Shown piece by piece: positions 26,349 to 36,046 of a stretch of 37,565 nucleotides of DNA. Location: positions 1-37,565 of IMG/VR virus record IMGVR_UViG_3300032243_001234; one strand, given 5' to 3'. The position numbers were made by a program, and so were the translations under genes. Below the pieces are notes generated by a model. It had not been told where the DNA came from. It worked only from the letters and a program-made list of their open reading frames with translations, and ran no database searches. This DNA comes from a virus. Lineage: Duplodnaviria > Caudoviricetes. Within the stretch, counting starts at the first letter, position 1, and every line of letters begins with the position of its first letter.

Positions 26349-26771
26349 TTAATCGATCCTTAATACTTGTTTTCTATTACCCTGTGAATTCCAGGAAACA
26401 TGAACCCAGCCACTATCGGGAATGCCTTCTTTGTAATATTCTAAAATCAACTGGTCAAATTCCATATTATCTTTAATCCAGCAAAACAAAATTTTATTAT
26501 CCATTCCAGCAATTTCAATATCTGCTGCTTGACCGGTCATATGCTGGCTGTTTTTTGCTCCACCAATAGCTTTATTTAAAGCTGGGCCACGATAGCCACT
26601 ATTAACGTTCAATGGTCTTCCAAAGTGAATTCTTATTTTCTCTAAAACATTTTCACAAAGCTGTTTTAGGTTTTCTATTTCTTTTTGTCCCGGTGTATTA
26701 TCAATACCTTTTCGTGAACCGGTTTGAGATTTCGTCATCTCTTCTAATGTAAAATGTTGACTTAAATTCAT
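26349..26771 (-). CDS. Peptidase M15 family zinc peptidase (second peptidoglycan hydrolase)
   Basis: LSQHFTLEEM, SGYR…NKAIGG…SQHMTGQAADI and WVHVS. Confidence 0.92.
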   Translation of the reverse strand: MNLSQHFTLEEMTKSQTGSRKGIDNTPGQKEIENLKQLCENVLEKIRIHFGRPLNVNSGYRGPALNKAIGGAKNSQHMTGQAADIEIAGMDNKILFCWIKDNMEFDQLILEYYKEGIPDSGWVHVSWNSQGNRKQVLRID

Positions 26772-26778
26772 ATTATAA

Positions 26779-26892
26779 TTACATATTCTTTGTTGTTTTT
26801 TCAATATAAACGCTAATAGCAATTCCAATAAACCAAAGAGGCAAGCTAATAATAATAGAACCTGCGAGAATCAAGAGTCCAGTGCTTTCCAT
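26779..26892 (-). CDS. Unannotated 37-aa single-TM peptide
   Basis: MESTGLLILAGSIIISLPLWFIGIAISVYIEKTTKNM, with GGAG RBS, fills the gap exactly. Confidence 0.6.
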   Translation of the reverse strand: MESTGLLILAGSIIISLPLWFIGIAISVYIEKTTKNM

Positions 26893-26893
26893 G

Positions 26894-27232
26894 TTATCTC
26901 CAAAATAGTTGAATTAAAAGGATACTAGCAGACAGAGCGATACAAATACCAGTTTTTAAGCTTATTGCTTCACCAAAAACAAAGTGTGATAACACAGTAA
27001 AAATGATTGTTCCAATAGAGAAACCAATCAAACGTGATGGCCAAATTTCACCATCATAATGTGCTACCATAAATTTTACCGAATAAACAAAGAGGAAAGA
27101 TATTGGTATGCCAAGTGCTACAACTGCCCATACATTTTCTTTTAAAAAAGGTATCTTAAATTGTCCCTGTAATTGACAAAAAGATAGGATATGAGCACAA
27201 ACACTTATCAAGATACCATAAAAAAGTTTCAC
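26894..27232 (-). CDS. Small four-TM membrane protein (SMR/DMT-like)
   Basis: Four hydrophobic segments; FGEAISLKTGICIAL resembles the DMT C-terminal motif. Confidence 0.7.
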   Translation of the reverse strand: MKLFYGILISVCAHILSFCQLQGQFKIPFLKENVWAVVALGIPISFLFVYSVKFMVAHYDGEIWPSRLIGFSIGTIIFTVLSHFVFGEAISLKTGICIALSASILLIQLFWR

Positions 27233-27657
27233 TTATTAAATAGGTCGAGTTGAACTGGACCTTCCTTTTTATTTAGGATTTGTTCTTCTTTTAGGGCTTC
27301 GATTCCTGCTTCAACAATATCACTCATCGAGACACCTTGAAAAGTTAGTGGAATATCAACACCCATAATTTGCTTCCAAGATTCAAGCGCCCTTTCTACT
27401 TTTGGTCGCAAGTATTCTGGATAATGCTTTGGTGAAATTTTCATTTCATTCACCTTAATCATTCGTTCAACCATGGCTTCTTTGGCAATCCTCAAAGCCG
27501 CTTCAACACCAGCGAGTTCAGGAGAAATACGGAATTTCCAAGAAGTTAATCCCGGATTTACTGACACAATATGATGACCCAGAGGAATTGTATCCCAAGT
27601 CCTATCTTCGGCAATAGGAGCATATTTACGACCTTTTTTAACGTAGTATGTGCTCAT
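27229..27657 (-). CDS. Hypothetical protein
   Basis: 142-aa ORF with coupled overlaps. Confidence 0.7.
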   Translation of the reverse strand: MSTYYVKKGRKYAPIAEDRTWDTIPLGHHIVSVNPGLTSWKFRISPELAGVEAALRIAKEAMVERMIKVNEMKISPKHYPEYLRPKVERALESWKQIMGVDIPLTFQGVSMSDIVEAGIEALKEEQILNKKEGPVQLDLFNK

Positions 27658-28223
27658 TTCTTTGGCTTCCTTTCTAAATCACAAGTATCACAAAGCGTTC
27701 TAATCCAGCCACCGGGACGAATCTTACCGGGATTTCCACAATCTTCACAAATTCGTGAACTTAATCCTTCTGCCATATCAATAGCTCCACGGCAGTATTC
27801 ATCGCCACCGGCAGAATATACAGTAAGTGTTCCAAATTTCTCTTTAATCTGTGTAAAAACAAGCTGTGATGGGACTTCTCTGTGAAGAACACGAAATTTT
27901 TTTTGTTCAACATCTTTTTTTATAAATTCTTCAACAGACTCTTGTTTGTGCCCTAGACGCTTTTCATAATAAAAGCGTAGATTTGTATCATTTCCACCAA
28001 TCGCCTGCTTAAGAGCACGATTATATCTTTTGATATATACAGCAGAGCGACGACGTTCATCGATGTGATGTTGAATAAGATTGCACATTCTATCAAGAAT
28101 GTCAAACCAGCCAGAACCACACTCTATTCCAAAATACATGCAGCTTTGTGTAGGCGGTAATTTAGTTTCAATAAAAAGTTTTGGATATTTGTTGTAAAGC
28201 TGTTCTTCAAGTTCTTGTTTCAT
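27654..28223 (-). CDS. Phage hypothetical protein with C-terminal zinc ribbon
   Basis: GIECGSGWFDI…QIKEKFGTL…CEDCG…WIRTLCDTC. Confidence 0.75.
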   Translation of the reverse strand: MKQELEEQLYNKYPKLFIETKLPPTQSCMYFGIECGSGWFDILDRMCNLIQHHIDERRRSAVYIKRYNRALKQAIGGNDTNLRFYYEKRLGHKQESVEEFIKKDVEQKKFRVLHREVPSQLVFTQIKEKFGTLTVYSAGGDEYCRGAIDMAEGLSSRICEDCGNPGKIRPGGWIRTLCDTCDLERKPKK

Positions 28224-28594
28224 TTAAGCTCGCCTTTCTTGAAAGCTACTGATTGTTCTTTTGTTCTTGGACAAACCTCGCAGGTGCCACACATAAACAA
28301 GTCGATATCTTTTTGAATACAAAGACCATATTGGTGACAAATTCTCATCTTTTGATCAAAATCTGATAATTCTTGTGGTTGTCTGATTGCTTTAATATCT
28401 ATGATAGCCGTTTTCTGTGCTACTTCTAGGTTGAAAAGGTATGATGGATAAAGTTCGCTATATGAAAAATCAGTTCCACAGGCTTCATTGATTAATTCTT
28501 TAAATCTTCCATAAGAAATCTCACCATCGAGATATTCTTTAAGTGGACCATTAATAAATTTAAGAATTAATTCTTTCTTTTCTTCGTTGTTCAT
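28220..28594 (-). CDS. Hypothetical protein
   Basis: 124-aa ORF with a Cys-rich C-terminus. Confidence 0.7.
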   Translation of the reverse strand: MNNEEKKELILKFINGPLKEYLDGEISYGRFKELINEACGTDFSYSELYPSYLFNLEVAQKTAIIDIKAIRQPQELSDFDQKMRICHQYGLCIQKDIDLFMCGTCEVCPRTKEQSVAFKKGELK

Positions 28595-28821
28595 AATTTC
28601 CTCATATCATCGAATCTTCTTATTACCACATCACAACCAAAAAATAAAGATGGTTCAAACACCCAAATTTTGGCATAGCCATGAATACCAATAACGTCTA
28701 AAACTATTCCTAAACCTGATTGGGGTCTTTCTGACTCTTCTGTAATATATTTTTCTTCCGCAGGTGTATGCGGCCTATTATAGAGTTCTACTAGATCCCC
28801 AATTTCTAAATTCAATCCCAA
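28591..28821 (-). CDS. Small hypothetical protein, KOW/SH3-like
   Basis: LEIGDLVEL…LGIVLDV. Confidence 0.65.
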   Translation of the reverse strand: MGLNLEIGDLVELYNRPHTPAEEKYITEESERPQSGLGIVLDVIGIHGYAKIWVFEPSLFFGCDVVIRRFDDMRKL

Positions 28822-29342
28822 AATCTGTCAAGAGTTTCCAAAATACCAATAAAGTCGTGAAATGGATCTCCGCTACGAAATGCACCAACTTGATCTGGAT
28901 AATCGCCGTATCGGCAAATACCTTTTTCTTGGTGCTCTTTCATTTCTTTTAGCTGCTTGACAGCTCCCTCTGTAATATAATTAGAAGAGATATACCCAGA
29001 ATACTTGAAACTTCCATCGTCAAGTTTTTCAATAGTATCGCCGCCAATACAATCCATGGTTTTACAATAACCTAAATCGTATGGACTTTCACTTTTAAAT
29101 TTAAGAGTTGAAAACTCAGTTCCCTCAATATCTTCAAAATACATATCGTCTACTGGTAAGTTGTTATAATGATCCTCGTATTTTTGACGATCAATCATAG
29201 CAACTGCTTTAAAATACTCGTCAAGGAAACCAAAATTGAAATCTTTTCCATGCTCACCAGAATGTGAGAAAATTACTTCAATAAGGAAGTAATTGTTATT
29301 CTTCTTTTTGTTCTTCTTAATATCAAGAATTTTAAAGGTCAC
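28812..29342 (-). CDS. Hypothetical protein
   Basis: 176-aa ORF. Confidence 0.7.
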   Translation of the reverse strand: MTFKILDIKKNKKKNNNYFLIEVIFSHSGEHGKDFNFGFLDEYFKAVAMIDRQKYEDHYNNLPVDDMYFEDIEGTEFSTLKFKSESPYDLGYCKTMDCIGGDTIEKLDDGSFKYSGYISSNYITEGAVKQLKEMKEHQEKGICRYGDYPDQVGAFRSGDPFHDFIGILETLDRFWD

Positions 29343-29656
29343 TTTCTATCCTCATCAAAATATATCATCTTGCCATTAACGAATAAGGCAATAAATTCGG
29401 CCCACAAATCCTGCTCTATATCCCAATGATAGAAATGTAACTCACCAGTTAAATCAATTTTTTCTGGTGGCTTCTTTGGTGATTCTTCATCGTCGGCAAA
29501 TTCATTTGCTACCCACCACAATTCACCATTACTGGATAGCTTATAGATATCCATCGCACAAATCAAGCTTTTTGTTTGAAAAAGCTCGTTTTGATATTTA
29601 GCAAATTTTTCTGGTAGAGCGTATTCACACTTTACAATATCAAACATTCCCATCAT
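29339..29656 (-). CDS. Hypothetical phage protein
   Basis: MGMFD…FQTKSL; GAGG RBS. Confidence 0.7.
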   Translation of the reverse strand: MMGMFDIVKCEYALPEKFAKYQNELFQTKSLICAMDIYKLSSNGELWWVANEFADDEESPKKPPEKIDLTGELHFYHWDIEQDLWAEFIALFVNGKMIYFDEDRK

Positions 29657-29966
29657 TAACCTCTAAAAATCTTATTTCGTTTTCGTAAACAAAGTAAAGT
29701 AAGCCATCTTTTTGAGATACGACAACATAACCATTATCTTTTGATGATAAATCGCTATGAACAACTTTCTTAAAAAGATCTTTCGCCTTAACTGCCTCTA
29801 AAACGAGAAATATGGAACTTTTCTGCTTTATAGGACAACCAAGATCACCAAGTTTATTTTCCCATTTCTTTTTAAAACTACCATAGACAAAATGGCGTGG
29901 CTTGTATCCTGTAAATGATACTAAGTCACCTTTCTCAAATAGCGGACGAGTTACGACATTATCCAT
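29640..29966 (-). CDS. Hypothetical protein, KOW/SH3-like
   Basis: LFEKGDLVSF…DNGYVVVSQKDGLLY. Confidence 0.65.
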   Translation of the reverse strand: MDNVVTRPLFEKGDLVSFTGYKPRHFVYGSFKKKWENKLGDLGCPIKQKSSIFLVLEAVKAKDLFKKVVHSDLSSKDNGYVVVSQKDGLLYFVYENEIRFLEVNDGNV

Positions 29967-29992
29967 TAATATAATTAATGGACAGATAAACC

Positions 29993-30016
29993 AAAAGCCA
30001 CCCGTTAAGGTGGCTT
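29993..30016 (-). terminator. Rho-independent terminator
   Basis: aagccacc-N6-ggtggctt followed by a T tract. Confidence 0.8.
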
Positions 30017-30022
30017 ATGATT

Positions 30023-30307
30023 TCAGACTACAACGCCCTTTTTGATTACATCGACATAGTGCTGAATTTCACCCAAGTCTTCATCGTTCTTCAAACTACG
30101 ATAAGCCTTGAGAACAGCCGACATTTCAGCACGCGAAAGCCATTCATTCTCAACATAACTACGCTTCAGATCCTTAAGATGCTCACGAAATGGTTCCATA
30201 GCACGAATCGTTTGATCGAGAGCCTTTACATAGTTTTGAACGTGATCTTCCTTTGTAAGCTTCTTGTCTTCTTCATCGAGTGGCGAAACGTTTGTGTTGT
30301 TGCTCAT
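30023..30307 (-). CDS. Small helical protein (weak resemblance to GapR / T4 DsbA-type DNA-binding proteins)
   Basis: 94 aa with AAGGAG RBS; the resemblance is by eye only. Confidence 0.6.
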   Translation of the reverse strand: MSNNTNVSPLDEEDKKLTKEDHVQNYVKALDQTIRAMEPFREHLKDLKRSYVENEWLSRAEMSAVLKAYRSLKNDEDLGEIQHYVDVIKKGVVV

Positions 30308-30603
30308 ACATTCTCCTTGATAATAGCAGAAATAGCGGTTTCTGGTGACAGAAATAATTCTTTCGCTCCGAATTTACCAATAGGCGTGGCATTTTCGGAA
30401 ACCACCAGATCGCCCTGCGCTAGCTTCCCGATCATCTTATCACAGTCGTCGGAAATGTCAAGCACCTTGAAGAACTCATACTTAATAGCTTTTTGTTCAG
30501 TCGGCAGGATAAAGTTAAAATTGCCAACCTTTGTTTGTGATAAATCTAATTCAACTTTTTCTAATAGAATACGCTTATTCAGCGGTTTTGCTGTCCAACT
30601 CAT
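30304..30603 (-). CDS. GroES-like co-chaperonin
   Basis: KPLNKRILLEKVE…FILP…KVLDI…GDLVV…ETAISAII parallels GroES; ~99 aa. Confidence 0.7.
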   Translation of the reverse strand: MSWTAKPLNKRILLEKVELDLSQTKVGNFNFILPTEQKAIKYEFFKVLDISDDCDKMIGKLAQGDLVVSENATPIGKFGAKELFLSPETAISAIIKENV

Positions 30604-30613
30604 TTTAAGCCTT

Positions 30614-31579
30614 TCATTCTGCCCAAACAGATGACCAATCACCTGTTAAAGCACCTTTCGCATAATCTGTAACTTTTTGTTCAAAGAAGTTACTATGTGT
30701 GACACCAAGCATACCGTCAACCCATTCAAGTGGATTCTTTTTGACTTTGAATATGCCTTTTAGACCCAACATAATAAGTCTACGATCTGCGATGTAACGA
30801 ATATACTGCTTTACTTCGTCTTTTGTTAAGCCCTGAACGGGATGTAAACCAAAAGCCAAATCTATAAATTGATCTTCTAAATCAACCATTTTAGTGGCAA
30901 TTTTATAGATTTCACTCTTTAATGAGTCATTCCAGATAGCTCGATTTTCTTTTACATATTCTCTGAATAATTTTATTAAAGATTCACAATGGAGTGTTTC
31001 ATCAGAAATACTCCAAGCAATAATTTGTCCCATTCCTTTCATTTTGCCAAATCTTGAAAAATTAAGTAACATAATAAAAGAAGAGAAAAGGGCCATACCT
31101 TCTGTGAAGGCAGAAATTAAAGCGATTTTAACTGGAAATGGCTCTTCTGTATTATTAAAATTTTCAAAATAATCGTGCTTATTTTTCATCGCATCGTATT
31201 GAAGAAATTCGTTGTATGTTGACTCTGGCATTCCAAGTGTTTCTATTAAATGCGAATAAGCTTGAATATGAACAGCTTCTCTCGCAGCGAAAGAACACAA
31301 CATCATTCTTAATTCTGGATGCTTAAATCTTGGAAGATATTCTGTGATATATCCTCCTGCCACATCAATATCTGATTGAACGAAAAATCTAAAAATATGT
31401 GTTAAGAATTGTTTTTCATCTTGTGATAAATTATTTTTCCAATCTTTAACATCTTCTAGCATTGGAACTTCTTGTGCAATCCAATGCATAGATTCTGATT
31501 GTTTATAAGCTTCGAAAGCCCATTCATATTCAAATGGCTTAAAATTACTTCTTTCACCTAATAGATTCTTTTTTGTCAT
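30614..31579 (-). CDS. nrdB: Ribonucleotide reductase class Ia beta subunit
   Basis: QSD, EAVHIQAY (radical Tyr), TEG, DETLH and NFFE…DY. Confidence 0.96.
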   Translation of the reverse strand: MTKKNLLGERSNFKPFEYEWAFEAYKQSESMHWIAQEVPMLEDVKDWKNNLSQDEKQFLTHIFRFFVQSDIDVAGGYITEYLPRFKHPELRMMLCSFAAREAVHIQAYSHLIETLGMPESTYNEFLQYDAMKNKHDYFENFNNTEEPFPVKIALISAFTEGMALFSSFIMLLNFSRFGKMKGMGQIIAWSISDETLHCESLIKLFREYVKENRAIWNDSLKSEIYKIATKMVDLEDQFIDLAFGLHPVQGLTKDEVKQYIRYIADRRLIMLGLKGIFKVKKNPLEWVDGMLGVTHSNFFEQKVTDYAKGALTGDWSSVWAE

Positions 31580-32073
31580 TATTCTTCTCCAGTTTAACTA
31601 TTTTTATGAATTTATTTAAATGTTTTTTAGGTATTTGTTGAGTTTTTATCATTTTAGCAGCAACATCTTTATTGATTTTAAAATACTCACAAAAAAGTTT
31701 CAACATCTTAAATTGAATTATTGTCCCATCAACTGTTGTCACTTCTACGGCGAAAGCTGTTCTACCATTTTGAGGATTTTTCCTTAGAGGATGTTCATCT
31801 GAATTAAATTTGTCGGAGAAATATTTTCTTCCGCTCTCCGTTTGAGTCCAAGATAAAGGTTTACCGTTTTTCTTTTGTGTTTCTATTTTTTTTAAAACAT
31901 TTTGTTTATTTTTCATAGGATGATTTTCGCTTCTCATCCTTTTGGAAGCCATTTCTTTTCCCGCAGGTGTTTCAAAAAATTTAACAAAATTTGGTGTATT
32001 TTTCATCTTCTTAGCAACAACTTCTTTATCAAACATTAGATTATGAATTTTCATATATTTTTTTATAATTCAT
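31554..32073 (-). pseudogene. Degenerate MobE-like homing endonuclease (HNH domain missing)
   Basis: MNYKKIYENS* (32073-32041) is out of frame with a 166-aa basic, NUMOD-like ORF; located between nrdA and nrdB. Confidence 0.7.
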
Positions 32074-32080
32074 TTTAATA

Positions 32081-33880
32081 TCAAGTGCAGGCTAGACATT
32101 CATCGCCTTCAACAACCTTTTTGAGATCAATCTCGTCTTCAATCTTCTTGCGTTCAACTTTCTGTCCAACTCTATCGGCTTTACGTAATTTGTCACTACG
32201 GCAGTAATAAAGTGATTTTAGGCCCTGTTTCCAGGCCATAAAATGAATTGCGTGAAGATATTTGATGTTTACATCTGGACGGAAGAATACGTTCACACTC
32301 TGTCCTTGGTCAATATGTTCTTGACGATCTGCGGCCAATTCAATTACCCAACGTTGATCAATTTCAACTGCTGTCTTGTAAACATCTTTTGTATCATCGT
32401 CCAACCATTCTAGGTGTTGAACTGAACCATCATTGGCAATAATTGACGCCCATACTTCACTAATATCTAATTCTAATTCAGCACACTTCTTTTGTAAGAT
32501 CTTGTCAAGGAATCTGTTCTTATAAACCGAAGCACCTGACAAAGTATCCTGTCTAAAAACGTTTGCGCGATATGGTTCGATACTTGGTGAAGTATTTCCC
32601 ATTATTAGTGAACTTGAAGCATTTGGAGCAACAGCAACCATATGCGAGAATCGTAATTTAAGACCAGCCGCAAAAGCATCTGGGCAAGCACCGCGTTCTT
32701 CTGCCAATTCCACATTAGCACTATCTAATTGTTTCTTAATGTGCTTGAAGATACGCATATTAGCTGATTTAGCCAAAGCACTTTCAAATGGGAGATTCTT
32801 CTTTTGTAGATATGCGTGGAAACCTAGCGCACCAACACCAATTGAGCGTTCGCGTTCCGCTGAATATTTAGCTCTACTAATAGCGTCTGGGGCATTGTCG
32901 ATAAAGTAAGTTAATACGTTATCGAGCATTTCAGCAACGTCCTTAATAAAAAGTTTATCGTCTTTCCATTCATCAAAATATTCCAAATTTAATGAAGAAA
33001 GGCAGCAAACGGCTGTTCGTTGTTGATTTGTTGGCAAGAAGATTTCTGTACAAAGATTTGAGCCATTAATTTTTAAATTAAGGTCTTTCAAATGTTTTGG
33101 TAAAGTATTATTAGCCGTATCAATAAAACAAAGATATGGTTCGCCTGTCTGCATGCGCATTTCAATAATGCGTTGCCAAAGCTCTTTTGCTGAAACAGTT
33201 TCACGAACGGCACCTGTTTTTGTATCACGCAAATGCCAAGAATCGTCAGCTTTTGGATCAATCATACACTTTTCAATAATTCGCATAAAGTCATCAGTAA
33301 TATTGATGCCGTGATGTAAATTAAGGCAACGCATATTCTGATCACCAGTTGGTTTACGCATTTCTAGGAACTGAATGATATCAGGATGGCTGATATCAAG
33401 ATAAGCAGCATATGAACCACGACGTGTCTTACCTTGACGATAAGCTAGTGAAGAGGCATCATAAATTTTTAAGTGTGGCATGATACCAGTTGATTTGGCA
33501 TCAGCTGCACGAATTCCTAAATGCACACCAACACCACCACCCAACATTGATAGCCAATTTGTTTCACTTAATGTGTCAACAAGACCATCGGCTGAATCTT
33601 CCATATAATTCAGGAAGCAGCTGATTGGTAAGCCTTTCTTTGAACGGCCAAAGGACAAAATTGGTGTTGAATAAGATAGCCAGTGCTTTGATGAATATTC
33701 ATACAGTCTTTGAGCGTGCTTTTCATTAGAAGAAAACTGTTTTGACACAAAAGCAAAACGCTCCTGTGGTGATGTTTCATCATCAGTCATATATGACTCT
33801 TTTAGTCTTTTTAAACCAAGTTCATCAAACAAACTATCTCGCTCTAAATCAACGACGATGCCATTAGCCAATTTTGTCAT
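32081..33880 (-). CDS. nrdA: Ribonucleotide reductase class Ia alpha subunit, no ATP cone
   Basis: PISCF, GSNLCTEI, VCCLSS, APNASSS, IDQGQS, KSLYY and C-terminal CLAC. Confidence 0.97.
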   Translation of the reverse strand: MTKLANGIVVDLERDSLFDELGLKRLKESYMTDDETSPQERFAFVSKQFSSNEKHAQRLYEYSSKHWLSYSTPILSFGRSKKGLPISCFLNYMEDSADGLVDTLSETNWLSMLGGGVGVHLGIRAADAKSTGIMPHLKIYDASSLAYRQGKTRRGSYAAYLDISHPDIIQFLEMRKPTGDQNMRCLNLHHGINITDDFMRIIEKCMIDPKADDSWHLRDTKTGAVRETVSAKELWQRIIEMRMQTGEPYLCFIDTANNTLPKHLKDLNLKINGSNLCTEIFLPTNQQRTAVCCLSSLNLEYFDEWKDDKLFIKDVAEMLDNVLTYFIDNAPDAISRAKYSAERERSIGVGALGFHAYLQKKNLPFESALAKSANMRIFKHIKKQLDSANVELAEERGACPDAFAAGLKLRFSHMVAVAPNASSSLIMGNTSPSIEPYRANVFRQDTLSGASVYKNRFLDKILQKKCAELELDISEVWASIIANDGSVQHLEWLDDDTKDVYKTAVEIDQRWVIELAADRQEHIDQGQSVNVFFRPDVNIKYLHAIHFMAWKQGLKSLYYCRSDKLRKADRVGQKVERKKIEDEIDLKKVVEGDECLACT

Positions 33881-33892
33881 TTTATCACTCCA

Positions 33893-34372
33893 CTAAGCAA
33901 CTTTCTCTATATTTTTTCTGTGAACCAAGTGATCAGCAGCATAAATAGCTGCCACGTTTTGTGGCTTGAAATATGTAGGGAACCCACAACTTGTAGCATA
34001 TCCAACGGCAGAGTTTAACAGCTTATTTGACTGATGTTCTGGATCTGAATTAAGATCTAGATCTACTGCTTCGATATCAATATTGAATTCTTCACGCAAC
34101 ATTGAAGCAAATGAAACTGCCTTTTCTACCTCACACCAAAGGCGCTTATACATATCATTAATCTTTGGCACCTTGTCTTTTAGATAGACAATAAAGGCAC
34201 CATTATTATTTGGATGAACGCCGACAAGCACAGTAATATAGATAGTCTTATCACGGACATTTAGGCTATCGCAACCAACACGATACTTGATTAATGGAGA
34301 TTTTTCTTTCAAGAAGTCAGATAACGAAACCGGATCATTTGAGCCATATGTTTTAATTTTAATATTATTCAT
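33893..34372 (-). CDS. YkuK-family RNase H-like protein
   Basis: VGCDS…RLWCEVEKA…DLDLN…KP…YAADH. Confidence 0.75.
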   Translation of the reverse strand: MNNIKIKTYGSNDPVSLSDFLKEKSPLIKYRVGCDSLNVRDKTIYITVLVGVHPNNNGAFIVYLKDKVPKINDMYKRLWCEVEKAVSFASMLREEFNIDIEAVDLDLNSDPEHQSNKLLNSAVGYATSCGFPTYFKPQNVAAIYAADHLVHRKNIEKVA

Positions 34373-35775
34373 AATGTTATATCCTGCGGCTTTTTGTCTG
34401 TCTTTACATCACCTTTAAACTCTTTGTATTTGTCCTTTAACTTATTTAGTTGCTTCTTGGCTGCTTTCTTCTCTAAATCTTCCTTACTTTCACTTGTTGG
34501 TTCAAAAACCTTAATTTCTGCGCAGCTTGTATCCATAAAGATGGGACAAATTAGACCATCTGGACCAAATCGATTTTTGGCAATCAACATACGACCAGCA
34601 TTGTTTTTCTTGTCATCAAGTGTGCGAGAAACAGTGAAAATAAAGTCGGCAACGAAACACTTATTAAATGCTTCCGAGATACTTTCAAGAGTATTTACTT
34701 CTGCGTTCAAACCAGAACGATTCGTTTGTGAAGCAGTCCAGATAGGACAGCCTGTTTCTTTGGCAAGTCCACGTAGTTCTTCATAGATTGATTCTAACTC
34801 TTCACGCTTTTCTTTGCGGTTGGAAACTGGTTTAAGCAAATCACCATAATCCACAATCATCATACCAACCTGAACGCCTCTTTGCTTAAGTTTTTCAAGG
34901 TGATTACGAATTGTGCCAGTTGAAGCAGATTTGGTGGGATACTCTTTGATAATAAGCTTACCTTTTACATCCTTGATCTTTTCAAAGACAACATCCTTCT
35001 TTGCGTGTAGCGCATCAAGTGGAATACCAGTGATAGCACTATCATAACGCAAACCAATTGTTTTGTCATCTAATTCTAGGGTGTAATGAACAACAGCCTT
35101 TCCCTCTTTGACGGCTTGTGCTCCCAAATGGCAAAGAACAAAGCTTTTGCCTGCACCAGTTGGTGCGATAACCACGCCCAATTCACCACGGCCCAAACCA
35201 CCACGCATGAAACCATCAAACACTTCCCATCCAGTTGTTACAACATTACGAGCCTTAACTTCATAACGCTGTTCAAAATGTTCATCGTATGAATAACCAA
35301 AATCACTATTTGTGCCAAGTTTAATGGCATTGTCAATAAGTTGACGAATTTCTTCAAAAGAAGATTGTTTCAAGAGTTCAACACTCTTGATCATTGCTTC
35401 TTTTAGTTTCTGCTTCTTACAGAATTCAACTGAATTGGTTTTTACATATTCATCGTCAACGCCAGCAACACCAGAAGCAAAACGTGCGTAAAATTCACGA
35501 ATCTGCTTTTGAATTGCTTCGTTTTCTTCGTCCATCTCTGATCGAAGAATCGTTTCAACGGTTGCTTGACTTGGATATTTACCAAACTTTACTTTGTAAT
35601 CAAAGATCTTTTTAGTAAAGATACGAAGATATTTGAGCTCAAAGAAATTGTAATCCAATACTTCACCAATCTGGTTGGCAAATATAGGATCCTGCATAAT
35701 AAGATATGCGAGTTTTTCTTGAAACTGTTTTCCAAAAGAAGAAAAATTAATCTCTCCTTGCTGTAATTCATCCAT
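34369..35775 (-). CDS. Replicative DnaB-like (SF4) helicase
   Basis: APTGAGKS (Walker A), TLEL, IVDY and WTASQTNR…KNRFG. Confidence 0.95.
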   Translation of the reverse strand: MDELQQGEINFSSFGKQFQEKLAYLIMQDPIFANQIGEVLDYNFFELKYLRIFTKKIFDYKVKFGKYPSQATVETILRSEMDEENEAIQKQIREFYARFASGVAGVDDEYVKTNSVEFCKKQKLKEAMIKSVELLKQSSFEEIRQLIDNAIKLGTNSDFGYSYDEHFEQRYEVKARNVVTTGWEVFDGFMRGGLGRGELGVVIAPTGAGKSFVLCHLGAQAVKEGKAVVHYTLELDDKTIGLRYDSAITGIPLDALHAKKDVVFEKIKDVKGKLIIKEYPTKSASTGTIRNHLEKLKQRGVQVGMMIVDYGDLLKPVSNRKEKREELESIYEELRGLAKETGCPIWTASQTNRSGLNAEVNTLESISEAFNKCFVADFIFTVSRTLDDKKNNAGRMLIAKNRFGPDGLICPIFMDTSCAEIKVFEPTSESKEDLEKKAAKKQLNKLKDKYKEFKGDVKTDKKPQDITL

Positions 35776-36046
35776 CTAGTTTCTCCAAATCGTAGTAATT
35801 GACCCAGCCCTGAATTTGATCAACTTGTAAAAATATAAAATATCTGTCTCTAAAAATTGAACCAAAGTCTTTGTCGACGTGTAAAATAACGCAATTTTGT
35901 CCCTCAGACGCAAATTGAACTAACACTTCATCGTTAAGTAATCTTCCCGAGTAAATACGGGTTAATTCTTTAATACAGGCGATCTCTCCTGTATCAAATT
36001 CGAACCTTGACGAACCCATCCTATCACAAACCTTTGTGTTCCGCAA
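35768..36046 (-). CDS. Hypothetical protein, SH3-like
   Basis: FDTGEIACI…QGWV. Confidence 0.6.
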   Translation of the reverse strand: MRNTKVCDRMGSSRFEFDTGEIACIKELTRIYSGRLLNDEVLVQFASEGQNCVILHVDKDFGSIFRDRYFIFLQVDQIQGWVNYYDLEKLDG

